DNA from: Macrostomum hystrix
Lineage: Eukaryota; Animalia; Platyhelminthes
Reading direction: 5' to 3'
Length of the DNA stretch: 64,000 nt
Assembly (NCBI GenBank): GCA_950097015.1
Contig: CATNEN010000008.1
Span: 3,224,001 to 3,288,000 of the forward strand
The translations under genes and the position numbers were made by a program. Below the pieces are notes generated by a model, which saw only the letters and a list, made by a program, of their open reading frames with translations, had not been told where the DNA came from and did not search any database. Positions 49,545 to 61,889 of the stretch are shown one piece after another. The first letter of the stretch is position 1. Each line of letters opens with the position of its first letter.

Positions 49545-50570
49545 GAAGGAAAAGAGTGGGGTAGGAAGAGAAGGTGAGGAAGGAAGGGTGGGGTAGGAAG
49601 AGAAGGTGAGGAAGGAAGGGTGGGGTAGGAAGAGAAGGTGAGGAAGGAAGGGTGGGGTAGGAAGAGAAGGTGAGGAAGGAAGGGTGGGGTAGGAAGAGAA
49701 GGTGAGGAAGGAAGGGTGGGGTAGGAAGAGAAGGTGAGGAAGGAAGGGTGGGGTAGGAAGAGAAGGTGAGGAAGGAAGGGTGGGGTAGGAAGAGAAGGTG
49801 AGGAAGGAAGGGTGGGGTAGGAAGAGAAGGTGAGGAAGGAAGGGTGGGGTAGGAAGAGAAGGTGAGGAAGGAAGGGTGGGGTAGGAAGAGAAGGTGAGGA
49901 AGGAAGGGTGGGGTAGGAAGAGAAGGTGAGGAAGGAAGGGTGGGGTAGGAAGAGAAGGTGAGGAAGGAAGGGTGGGGTAGGAAGAGAAGGTGAGGAAGGA
50001 AGGGTGGGGTAGGAAGAGAAGGTGAGGAAGGAAGGGTGGGGTAGGAAGAGAAGGTGAGGAAGGAAGGGTGGGGTAGGAAGAGAAGGTGAGGAAGGGAGGG
50101 TGGGGTAGGAAGAGAAGGTGAGGAAGGAAGGGTGGGGTAGGAAGAGAAGGTGAGGAAGGAAGGGTGGGGTAGGAAGAGAAGGTGAGGAAGGAAGGGTGGG
50201 GTAGGAAGAGAAGGTGAGGAAGGAAGGGTGGGGTAGGAAGAGAAGGTGAGGAAGGAAGGGTGGGGTAGGAAGAGAAGGTGAGGAAGGAAGGGTGGGGTAG
50301 GAAGAGAAGGTGAGGAAGGGAGGGTGGGGTAGGAAGAGAAGGTGAGGAAGTGAGGGTGGGGTAGGAAGAGAAGGTGAGGAAGTGAGGGTGGGTAGGAAGA
50401 GAAGGTGAGGAAGGGAGGGTGGGGTAGGAAGAGAAGGTGAGGAAGGGAGGGTGGGGTAGGAAGAGAAGGTTAGGAAGGGAGGGTGGGGTAGGAAGAGAAG
50501 GTGAGGAAGGGAGGGTGGGGTAGGAAGAGCGTGTGGGGATGGAAGGGAGGGTGGGTGAGGAAGAGAAGGT
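49545..50570. repeat. 32-bp purine-rich minisatellite (GGTGAGGAAGGAAGGGTGGGGTAGGAAGAGAA)n
   Basis: Direct reading; highly homogeneous. Confidence 0.96.
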
Positions 50571-51464
50571 GGTGGTTGCCAAGCAATCTCAGCAAAATTC
50601 GGTACTGAGGCAAAGCATGCTTTTTGCCCAGCAACACAGCAGCGATAACAGGGCCAAGCAAGACTGGGGAAGTTCTCAGCTGAGTGAGTCTTTGAGCAGC
50701 TGCGCAGTGTGGAGCTCACATGGGACAGTGAGGCTGGGGACCGAGCGGGCTGCTCTGAATCGATAAGCGGCATCGAATTTCCGACTGGCCTGCAAGGCCA
50801 GCACGCGGCAGTCTAGCTAAGAGCCGCAGTTCTGGTCTGGACCTAGAAGTCTGAGTTCACACAAATATAAAGCACACAGACCACTGACAATGGCGTCACT
50901 TGTTCACTTTCTGAGCCTTTCCTAGAAACGTCCGGGCCTCGAACTCTAGGGAGGGGAAGAAACAAGAGACTGGGGAGACAGAGCAGACAGATGAGGAGGC
51001 CGTGCGGAATCGGTGCGTGTGTGAGTGTGTGTAAGGGGAATTTTTCAAGTCATCCCTGGTCTCCCAATATGTGTCAGGCCTTTTCAACGGTTTCGCTTGT
51101 TTGGCGAGCAAGAGGCAGAGAGAGAGAACTGGTGGAGATGGAGGATCTGAAGGCTGCGCTATAAACTATAATGCAAGTTTTGTGTGGTCTGCCAGCTGCA
51201 GCACACAGGGGATCTGATAATGTGATGGCGGGCGCCTCTGTTCTCGAAGTTCAAAGCGAATTGTGAATGGGGGAGCAGCATTGGCCTCAATTCCGCTGTG
51301 AGCTGTCGGGTTGGAAGGGATTTTCCGGACAGCCGAGATCGGCTGCTAAATGCGCGCTGCCAGCCCTGCGTCAGATTAATTGGGGCGCAGCAGTGCCTGC
51401 GGGCAGTCAGAGAGCCCAGCCATTTGCTGGGATAGAGCTTGCGAGATGGGAGCAGGGGAGCTAA

Positions 51465-51990
51465 AGGGCGAGAAGTGGAGCGTGAGGGAAAGAAGTAGAC
51501 CGTGCGGGAGAGAAGTAGAAAGTGCGGGAGAGAAGAAGACCGTGCGGGAGAGAAGAAGACCGTGCGGGAGAGAAGAAGAGTGTGAGGGAGAGAAGTAGAC
51601 CGTGCGGGAGAGAAGTAGACCGTGAGGGAGAGAAGTAGACCGTGCGGGAGAGAAGAAGACCGTGCGGGATAGAAGAAGACCGTGCGGGAGAAAAGTGGAG
51701 CGTGAGGGAGAGAAGTAGAGAGTGAGGGAGAGAAGCAGACCGTGATGGAGAGAATTAGACCGTGCGGGAGTGAAGAAGAATGTGCAGGAGAGAAGTAGAG
51801 AGTGAGGGAGAGAAGAAGACCGTGCGGGATAGAAGAAGACCGTGCGGGAGAAAAGTGGAGCGTGAGGGAGAGAAGTAGAGAGTGAGGGAGAGAAGCAGAC
51901 CGTGATGGAGAGAAGCAGACCGTGATGGAGAGAATTAGACCGTGCGGGAGTGAAGAAGAGTGTGCAGGAGAGAAGTAGAGCGTGAGTAGA
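51465..51990. repeat. 20-bp degenerate minisatellite (GAGAGAAGTAGACCGTGCGG)n
   Basis: Direct reading. Confidence 0.9.
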
Positions 51991-53109
51991 GGAGTGGTGT
52001 TGCAAGGCTAGAGTTGTTGTGACATGGCATTAGAGTGAAGCAAATGTGGCTGCTATCAGGCCAAGGCTTGGTCTACAATGTCCAGCATAGGCGGGTGGGG
52101 GGCAGTTTATGCTGGATGGCGCAGGCGGTCACTCTTGTTGCAAAGTTGAGCACACAGAGAATGCCCGGGAGAGCCCCGACCAGCCTCTCCTTTCCTCATC
52201 TGGGAGCGGCGCGGGCTCCAGTGCTCCGGGGACAGAGGGGAGCGAAGAGGGAAGTAAGATAAATCTCTCCTTGATGGGCATAAGAAGGAGGACAGAAGGA
52301 CCTTGCGCGGCGACTCGGGGAGCTCGCCACCCCACTCCAGCCGCGTCTCCGTCGTGAAGTATCGACTGATTGGCAGGGTGGGCGCACCAGGGTCGTGAGG
52401 CGGGTTCAATATACGAAAGTAGAAAGCAGAAGAAGGAAGGCCGGAGCCGGGGAGCTCTGTGGGGCAAGAAGCAGATGGAGTTAAGAGAAGGCGGGGCGGC
52501 ACGGGGCGCTTGAATCCCTGAAGCGTCTCCTATTCTCACTTTCTCTGCGACAGGCCGCTTGTAGCAGGGCGAGGGAGCGGCGGGGCTAAAAGATATGAAA
52601 GAGATAAAAAAAGTATTCGAGCTGAAGAGTGGGCGCGTGAGAGGGCAAAAATGAGACAGCTAAAAATTGCTCGTAGAGAGAGAGAGAGGCAGGAGGGGGT
52701 AGCGACTGAGCCTCACAACAAGCGCCTAAAGTGCAGTGGCAGCACAGGGGAGCAGGAGGGCAGATACGGGATGGTGTGCGCCACGAATGCAGGGGGGGCG
52801 GTAAGGCAGGGGGGAGAGAGTAGCGTTTCTCTCTTTATTCTCCCACCCCTGCCTCTGCTCCGCTCTGAGGCCCCTCGACTCTGCAAACGAGGATGGAGCG
52901 GGTGAACCCCGCGAGGTTGGCTCAGGCGGCCCGGCAATGCAGCCGCGAGGGGGAGATGGCGGAGCCGCCCGGAGAGAGAAGGCCATTCACAGAGAAACGC
53001 CGGGGACGCCGAGCTGCGGAGGTTGGGGTGGACTCGAACAAGCGAGTCATAAGAGACGGCAGAAAAATAGAGGGCTGTAGAGGACAGCGAGGGCACACGT
53101 GCTGCTCAA

Positions 53110-55414
53110 GTGATTGTTCAGCTCAATTCTGAGTCGAAATACGGGCCAGCTGAAGAGGCCGGAGGATACGGCAGAGACGAAGCGAAGGAGCCACTGCGGA
53201 TTTGGCCCACTGAGGCTTCTGTAAAATCATCGACACTGGGGCAGCTGAACCAGCGGAAGCTAGCGGCGGTGGCTGCCGCCGTTGTCGCTGTCGCTGCGGT
53301 CTGCGCCAGCGCGCTCGACGCATCGGCCGCGGCAGCGCCATCCTCGACCGCGATCGCAGCAGTCAATGACTCCGCGTCGGCCTCGGCTGCCGCGTCAGAT
53401 GGCCATTCGGCGATTAGTAGGGACTGCGGTAACCAGCGCAAGTGGTACATCTTCCTGGCCAGCAGCGCCATTGTGCTATTCGGAGGCGTGGCCTTCGTCA
53501 TGCTGTACCGCATGCTGGGCTGCCTGGCCGACAAGCTGGCCGGTCCGGCCAAGGACGCTGCAAACGCCGAGGAAGAGGAGACTGACGAAGAGAACAAGGC
53601 GGGCCAGGCCGCTGCCGCCTTAGCCACCCAGCGACTGACCGCTAAGGACGGCGACGATGAGGACCCAGACGGCGAGGCGGCGGAAGCGGCCGCGGCAGCC
53701 GCCGCCTCGGAGGCCGTGGAGATCGGCTGGCTGACGGAGGCGAAGGACTGGGCCGGGGAGCTGATTTCTGGCCAGACCACCACGGGCCGCATCCTGGTGG
53801 TGCTGGTGTTTCTGGTGAGCATCGCTTCTCTCATTGTCTACATCATCGACACCGGTCGCATGTCCGACACCGAGGAGTGCATCCGCTGGGTGGACAGCCT
53901 CTCTCAGCAAGTGGACCTCGCGTTCAACGTCATCTTCCTCATCTATTTCTTCATTCGCTTCATCGCCGCGCAGGACAAGCTGTGGTTCTGGTTTGAGATG
54001 TTTTCCCTAGTGGACATCCTGACGATTCCGCCGTCATTTGTGGCCATCTACCTGAATCGCACCTGGATTGGGCTGCGCTCAACTCGCGCCCTTCGCATTC
54101 TCAGCTTGCCAGACGTGCTGCAGTATTTGAATGTACTGAAGACTAGCACCAGCATCCGCCTGTTCCAGCTCATCACCTTCTTCGCCTCGCTCGTGCTCAC
54201 CGCGGCCGGGTTCGTGCACCTGATCGAGAACTCGGGCGATCCGCCCTACTTCGAGAACCGCAACCGCAGCTTCAACATGTCCTACCCGACCTGCATTTAC
54301 TTTGTCATCGTCACCATGTCGACGGTCGGGTACGGCGATGTCTACTGCACCACCACCACGGGGCGCATCTTCTCCGCGTTAGTGATCATGGGCGGTCTGG
54401 CTGTGTTCGCCAACTCCATCCCGGAGATCGCCGACATTCTCAGCTCGCGCAACAAGTACGGCGGCTACTTCCGCAAGGAGGCCGGTAAGCAGCACATTGT
54501 GCTGTGCGGCCACATCACCTACGAGTCCGTGTCCAACTTTCTGGGCGATTTTCTACACGAGGATCGCGAAGATGTCGACGTCCAAATTGTGATCCTGGAC
54601 AAGCACGTGCCTGACCTAGAGCTTCAGGGCCTGTTCAAGCGACACTTCACCCAGGTGGAGTTCTTTCAGGGCTCCGTAATGAACTCAAAGGACCTGTGCC
54701 GAGTCGGCCTGGAGACTGCCGATGCCTGCCTGGTCCTGGCCAACAAGTACTGCCCGGACCCGGATGCGGAAGACGCCGCCAACATCATGCGCGTCATCTC
54801 CATCAAGAACTTCTGCGATCGCATCAAGGTGATCATCCAGCTGATGCAGTACCACAACAAGACCTACCTGCTAAACATCCCCAGTTGGGACTGGAAGCAG
54901 GGAGACGACGCCGTGTGCGTGGCTGAGCTCAAGCTGGGCTTCCTGGCGCAGAGCTGCCTGGCTTTTGGCTTCTCCACCTTGCTAGCCAATCTCTTCACAA
55001 TGCGCAGCTACAAGGACGATAAAGCCATGCCGAAGTGGCTCAACTACTACTTGGAGGGTGCTGGCATGGAGATGTACACCGAGTACTTGTCGCCGGCCTT
55101 CGACGGTCTGACCTTCCCCATGGCGGCCGAGCTGTGCTTTACAAAGCTGCGGCTGCTGCTGATCGCGGTGGAGGCCAAGAACGACCAGGGCACCGAGAGC
55201 TGCATCGCCATCAATCCCAAAGAGAACATCCGCATCGAGCAGGGCACACAGGGCTTTTTCATTGCCCAGTCAGCCGAGGAGGTCAAGAAGGCCTTTTTCT
55301 ACTGCAAGCGTTGCCACTGCGACGTTGACGAGCCGCGGCTGATAAAGAAGTGCCGATGCAAGCCCTCAAACAAGCTTCCGCCTAAGCAACAACAGCAGCA
55401 AAGCACAAAGAGCA

Positions 55415-55446
<32 letters not shown>

Positions 55447-56648
55447 CAGATGCAGCAGCAACAGAATTCGCTGTCACCGAATCAAGCTTTGCAGGCGGCG
55501 TCAACACCAGCGCGTGGAAGCATCGCCTCGCTCCAGAAGCTGCACGAGCAGCAAAAGCTGGACAGAAAGTTCGACTCCACCGGCATGTTCCACTGGTGCC
55601 CGGATGTCAACTTTGACGACGGCATTCTGGACCGCGAGCAGGTGTCAACCACCGTGTACTCCAACCACATTGTCGTCTGCTTGTTCGCTGATGCCGCCAG
55701 CCCCCTGATTGGCTTGCGCAACTTTGTCATGCCTCTGCGGGCCAGCAACTTCCACTACCACGAGCTCAAGCACATCATATTCGTGGGAAACCTGGACTAC
55801 ATGCGGCGCGAGTGGAAGACTCTCATGAACTTTCCCAAGCTGAGCATCTTCCCAGGCTCGCCGCTCAACCGGTCGAACCTCCGGGCAGTCAACATCAACC
55901 TGGCTGAGATCTGCATAGTGCTGAGCTCAAAGCAGAACTCAAATATGGACGATCCAACTCTGGTAGATAAGGAGGCCATACTCTGCTCGCTGAATATCAA
56001 GGCGATGAAGTTTGACGCAAACCACGCAGTGGGCGGCCCGGAGCCGCCGGTGGCTGCCACCTCATCGTCAGCGACCAACAGCGCCGACGCGTTATCTGTG
56101 CGCATCCTCACAGAGCTGGCTGTGGATGACAACGTTCAGTTCCTGGATCAGGACGACGATGACGATCCGGACATTGAGCTGTACATGACGCAGCCGTTCG
56201 CCTGCGGCACGGCATTCGCTGTCAGTGTGCTCGACTCGCTCATGAGCACCGCCTACTTCAACGAGAACGCGCTGACACTCATCAGGACGCTCATCACCGG
56301 CGGAGCCACCCCGGAGCTCGAACAGATCCTGGCCGAGGGAGCGGGAATCCGCGGAGGCTTCAGCACGCCCGAGTGCCTGGCCAACCGGGATCGGGCCAGG
56401 GTGGCGCAGATCCCGATCGATGACGACCGTCTGCGGGAGTTCGGCAACGCAGCCTACTCGGAGCTGTTCCTGGGCGCGCTGCACAAGCACGGCATTCTCT
56501 GCATCGGCCTCTACCGCTTCATCTCGCCGCCCGAGGAGGGCCGTCAGACGCTCAAGAAGCGTTACATCATCACCAACCCGCCGGTGAAGTTCCCCGTCTT
56601 GCCTTCGGACATGGTCGTCTGTCTGCAGAGATTCGTCGGCATGCAGCC

Positions 56649-56684
<36 letters not shown>

Positions 56685-56808
56685 CAGGCAACATGAAGCA
56701 AGACACCAAGCAGCAAGGGGTGCCGCAGCAAACCTTGGCCAGCATCATCACCACATCCAGCAGCAGCAGCAACAGGCCCAGCCGCTGTATCATCACCGAC
56801 CTGCGTGA
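53110..56808 (+). CDS. KCNMA1: Large-conductance Ca2+-activated K+ channel alpha subunit (BK/Slo1/slowpoke); true start codon unresolved
   Basis: S0 ([10 protein letters not shown]), [24 protein letters not shown]4 GLRSTRALR, pore [13 protein letters not shown]1/RCK2, heme motif CKRCH and Ca-bowl [24 protein letters not shown], all in one uninterrupted ORF. Confidence 0.97.
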
Positions 56809-57696
56809 ATCTGAGTTTTTTTCTTACTAAAACTGAAACTTTCTCTGCTACAGTGCTTGGAATTGCGTAGCTCTATGCTAATAATGTTTCTACCAGCAGA
56901 AGTGACTCTGGGTGCAGGAGACGCAATAAACGACATCTCGACATCTGAATAAACTATCCAAGACATCGTCATTCTCGGGCCAAATCCGTGCAACTGATTT
57001 CCTATTCTCAATCAGGATTTCCCACGAGCACGGTCCTATAGGGCAGGCATATTTCGCTCTCACCTCGCTGCCTACCCGGTCTGAGGACCTCCTACTCAGG
57101 GAGGGAGGCGTGGCGAGCTCAAACAGCTCTAATGGCCTGATGAAGGATGGCAGTCTTGTGCCACTTCGAGGCTGTTTTGAGCTGCCATGCGGGACCCGCG
57201 AGTGAAAGTCCATCCACACCCCCCTGCCCCTGCTCCCCAGTCCCAGGACTGTGCCAAATAAAAGGGACTTTTCGTTTGATTCCAAAGCACACGGAGGCAG
57301 AGCTAATGAAAGAGACTTGCTAATGACCCGCTCGATGTCTGACTGGTTTATTCTGCTAGTCAATTCTCTGCTATTCTGGCTAATATGTAGCAGGACTATT
57401 GCATTGCCACAATTCTGAATTAGATTGCAGTATTGCTGCCTACAATCACAGTAATCAGACATTGACTCATGTACAACACTTTATTTATTGCACGAATTTG
57501 CTAATACCACTATAGGTGCACAACATCTCTGCCATGCTTATATAATACATGCTAGACTAGGATTGCACTGGGACTAACTGCATGCTGGACAAATATAATG
57601 AGAAATGCAACCCGCTTCGGCAAGCTGACATTTGACTCCATTGCTTTCCTAATTCCGCGTATAGAAATAGCATATACACCAGACTATAGTTATGGA

Positions 57697-58620
57697 TGGA
57701 TTGCTAATCTATCCCATGGGTGAAGGAACAGAATGGATTGCTAGTCTATCCCATCAGTGAAGGAACAGAATGGATTGCTAGTCTATCCCATCAGTGAAGG
57801 AACAGAATGGATTGCTAGTCTATCCCATCAGTGAAGGAACAGAATGGATTGCTAGTCTATCCCATCAGTGAAGGAACAGAATGGATTGCTAGTCTATCCC
57901 ATCAGTGAAGGAACAGAATGGATTGCTAGTCTATCCAATGGGTGAAGGAACAGAATGGATTGCTAGTCTATCCAATGGGTGAAGGAACAGAATGGATTGC
58001 TAGTCTATCCCATGGGGGAAGGAACAGAATGGATTGCTAGTCTATCCCATGGGGGAAGGAACAGAATGGATTGCTAGTCTATCCCATGGGGGAAGGAACA
58101 GAATGGATTGCTAGTCTATCCCATCAGTGAAGGAACAGAATGGATTGCTAGTCTATCCAATGGGTGAAGGAACAGAATGGATTGCTAGTCTATCCCATGG
58201 GTGAAGGAACAGAATGGATTTCTAGTCTATCCCATCAGTATAGGAACAGAATGGATTGCTAGTCTATCCCATCAGTATAGGAACAGAATGGATTGCTAGT
58301 CTATCCCATGGGTGAAGGAACAGAATGTATTGCTAGTCTATCCAATGGGTGAAGGAACAGAATGGATTGCTAGTCTATCCAATGGGTGAAGGAACAGAAT
58401 GGATTGCTAGTCTATCCCATGGGTGAAGGAACAGAATGGATTGCTAGTCTATCCCATGGGTGAAGGAACAGAATGGATTGCTATTCTATCCCATGGGTGA
58501 AGGAACAGAATGGATTGCTAGTCTATCCCATGGGTGAAGGAACAGAATGGATTGCTAGTCTATCCCATGGGTGAAGGAACAGAATGGATTGCTAGTCTAT
58601 TCCATGGGTTGGGAACAGAA
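57697..58620. repeat. 37-bp satellite, reverse complement of the arrays at 1-522 and 2287-3832
   Basis: (GGATTGCTAGTCTATCCCATGGGTGAAGGAACAGAAT)n. Confidence 0.97.
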
Positions 58621-59404
58621 TTGATTTAGATTGAGCCCATATTCAAAGTCTTAAGCATGTGATGCAAAAAGGCCAAGCTCATGTCGCCACTGCGGGACAA
58701 TAAGTTCAAGCATCCCAGTCGTGAAGCCAATAGAAAACACAGAAGCCAGAGCCGTTAGCAGAAAAAGCATTCGCAGTTCCCCTCAGTGGCTTCTTCAGAA
58801 GCAAATAAACAAGCAGGTTGATATTGAAAGCTGAAAAAGCTTGCGAATGATTTCAGAAGTAAATTGGCCAGCCATTCAGCAACTTGGCAAGGATGTGAGC
58901 TCTGCTCACAGGCTGCAGATAAGCAAACATGTGCGCAGAAAAATAAGGCATGAAAAGAAGGGATAACTAAAAATAGACGAGGGAAGAAGGGGGAAAGCGG
59001 GTGGAAGAAATGCCGAGATGCAGGGGGAAGAGAAATTCAACTAAAGTGGGATGAGGGATGGAAGGCAGAGGCTCTGGTGCGCTGGTGCGTACCCGAAAAT
59101 TAGATTTCGCATTTGGGAATTTCATCCCAATCTGCCTTCACAGCCCCAAAGCATCCGCTACTCTGCACTGCCCAGAATCGCGAGGGCATCGTGTTCTGCT
59201 AATCCTAACGAGTTCCAGGCAGATCCCAACAGCCAGAGAGATAGTGGCGACAGCGACTGTTAGATAGCCGAGACAGAACTAACAGTGCCACAACTTCCGA
59301 GGTACGCAGCTGGGAGCTGTGCGAGAGACATGCTGCTACATTGTCACCGTGATAAATAGATTCCCATCTCACTGCCCGAAAGTCCCGGCCACCTTTCCAT
59401 ACGT

Positions 59405-60060
59405 CAGAACACCCACCTCACTCCCTTGCTTCCATTCTGACCCTCATAACACCCACCTCACTCCCTTGCTTCCATTCTGACCCTCATAACACCCACCTCA
59501 CTCCCTTGCTTCATTTCCGTCCCTCAGAACAACCACCTCACTCCCTTGTTTCCTTTCCGACCCTCAGAACACCCACCTCACTCCCTTGCTTCATTTCTGT
59601 CCCTCAGAACACCCACCTCACTCCCTTGCTTCATTTCCGTCCCTCAGAACAACCACCTCACTCCCTTGTTTCCTTTCCGACCCTCAGAACACCCACCTCA
59701 CTCCCTTGCTTCATTTCTGTCCCTCAGAACAACCACCTCACTCCCTTGCTTCATTTCCGTCCCTCAGAAGAACCACCTCACTCCCTTGTTTCCTTTCCGA
59801 CCCTCAGAACACCCACCTCACTCCCTTGCTTCATTTCCGTCCCTCAGAACAACCACCTCACTCCCTTGCTTCATTTCCGTCCTCAGAACAACCACCTCAC
59901 TCCCTTGTTTCCTTTCCGACCCTCAGAACACCCACCTCACTCCCTTGCTTCATTTCCGTCCCTCAGAACAACCACCTCACTCCCTTTCTTCATTTCCGTC
60001 CTCAGAACAACCACCTCACTCCCTTGCTTCCTTTCCGACCTTCAGAACACCCACCTCATT
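59405..60060. repeat. 40-bp minisatellite (CAACCACCTCACTCCCTTGCTTCATTTCCGTCCCTCAGAA)n
   Basis: Direct reading. Confidence 0.92.
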
Positions 60061-60659
60061 ACTAAAGACAACTGCCCCTTTCCATTCTTTCATACACCCA
60101 CCTCATTCCTCCAGACCACTGCTCCCTTCCATAGATCTCCCTCTCTGTCTTTAAATTCTAAAAGACAATCAGCTAACTCCCATATAAGTAGAAAAAAATC
60201 TGTGAAAGCCAGACTCTTAATACTTTTCATGTCTTTCAAACAAATCAGCCAGTGGGAGAGAACAACGCAACAAACAGTTTCTAATTTTTTAAATGGAACC
60301 GGCACTTCATTGCAAAGTGTATTTTTTCTAATAAAAGACCCAGTCACTAACAGCATGCGCTTTGAAACAAGTCGCGCAATTAGAGTCCGGATAGTAGACA
60401 CTCAGCCGTGGACAAGATAATGTAACATTCTGTGTGAAGCAAACAGCGCACAAACAGGGTGTGCTTAGTTTTTGATGAATCAAATGTCTAATAAATTGAG
60501 GAATCTATTAGCAGGGAAAAAAGCTCCACTAACTCGAGTACCAGTGTAGAAGCAGTACACGTGTGCAAAAAACTTCCAACAGAGAATTTAGCAGGGCGTC
60601 TACAGGTTGTTGGGGAAATTAAGTTGATTAATTGTCGGGTCGTAGGCAATAAAAATACG

Positions 60660-61255
60660 GGTGGTTATCCTAGGGGTAAGGAAATCGGGTTGTCCTAGAC
60701 ATAAGGAAATCAGGGTGGTTGTGCTAGGGGTAAGGAAATGAGGGTGGTTGGTCTAGGGGTTAGGAAATCAGGGTGGTTGTGCTAGGGTAAGGATATCAGG
60801 GTGGTTGTGCTAGGGGTAAGGAAATCGGGATGGTTGGTCTAGGGGGCAAGGAAATCAGGGTGGTTGGTCTAGGGGTAAGGAAATCAAGGTGGTTTGTCTA
60901 GGGGTAAGGAAATCGAGGTGGTTGGTCTAGGGGGCAAGGAAATCAGGGTGGTTGGTCTAGGGGTAAGGAAATCAAGGTGGTTTGTCTAGGGGTAAGGAAA
61001 TCGGGGTGGTTGGTCTAGGGGGCAAGGAAATCAGGGTGGTTGGTCTAGGCGTAAGGAAATCAAGGTGGTTTGTCTAGGGGTAAGGAAATCGGGGTGGTTG
61101 GTCTAGGGGGCAAGGAAATCAGGGTGGTTGGTCTAGGGGTAAGGAAATCGAGGTGGTTGGTCTAGGGGGTAAGGAAATAAGGGTGGTTGGTCTAGGGGTA
61201 AGGAAATCGGGATGGTTTTCCTAGTGCAAGGAAATCAGGGTGGTTGTCCTTGAGG
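60660..61255. repeat. ~29-bp minisatellite (GGGGTAAGGAAATCAGGGTGGTTGGTCTA)n
   Basis: Direct reading. Confidence 0.92.
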
Positions 61256-61889
61256 TAAGGAGAAATGATTTTTAGCCAGGTGGACGATGATATTTAGTTG
61301 GTTGGCCTCACAGCTTCACAGCTTTGCCAGTCGTGCCGGACATATAAATGCCATAATGATTAATATTACATCAGACGTAGCTAATGCGAAAGATATCGGT
61401 ATTTAAAATAACAAAGATCGATCAAGTAAGTGTTTTTAATATACTACTAGACAAAGTAGCAAACAATACTATCAATAAGATCGTCACGATTATCATATTA
61501 CAGAATAAGAAAGCTGACTTCTTGGCGAAGCCGTAGAAATCTAATTTTCTTAAAACATTTCAAACTAGATCAATTTTCTTCTCTAAAAATATGGCTTTAC
61601 AAACACACAGGATTGCAGTCAAGGGCCGTTTGCAATCGCTAGATGAGGCACATGGTGTGTGTGCAGAAGAGAACCACGACTGTATCTTGCAATCGTTGAC
61701 ACAAAAATGGCCTGTCAAACAGTGAGGACCAGGTAAGCTGCAAATGAGCTTTCTTGCATTGTATATAAATGTCATTAGCAAATTAGATTTGCTGCGTTCA
61801 ATTTCAGCTACCCTACTTTAAGTAGACCAAAATGAGAATTTTGCCTAAATATGTTCAGATTTAATGTGATGATTAAAAACCCAACGGGG

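Noticed and set aside
49454-50773. Pro-rich ORFs
   Set aside because: 32-bp purine/pyrimidine minisatellite.
53118-56796. Antisense and alternative-frame ORFs over slo (also over Irx and the LINEs)
   Set aside because: Expected shadows of GC3-rich coding sequence.
57137-57170. Functional SECIS or canonical hammerhead
   Set aside because: Apical AA and GAAA/NUH core elements are absent; kept only as an unclassified structure.
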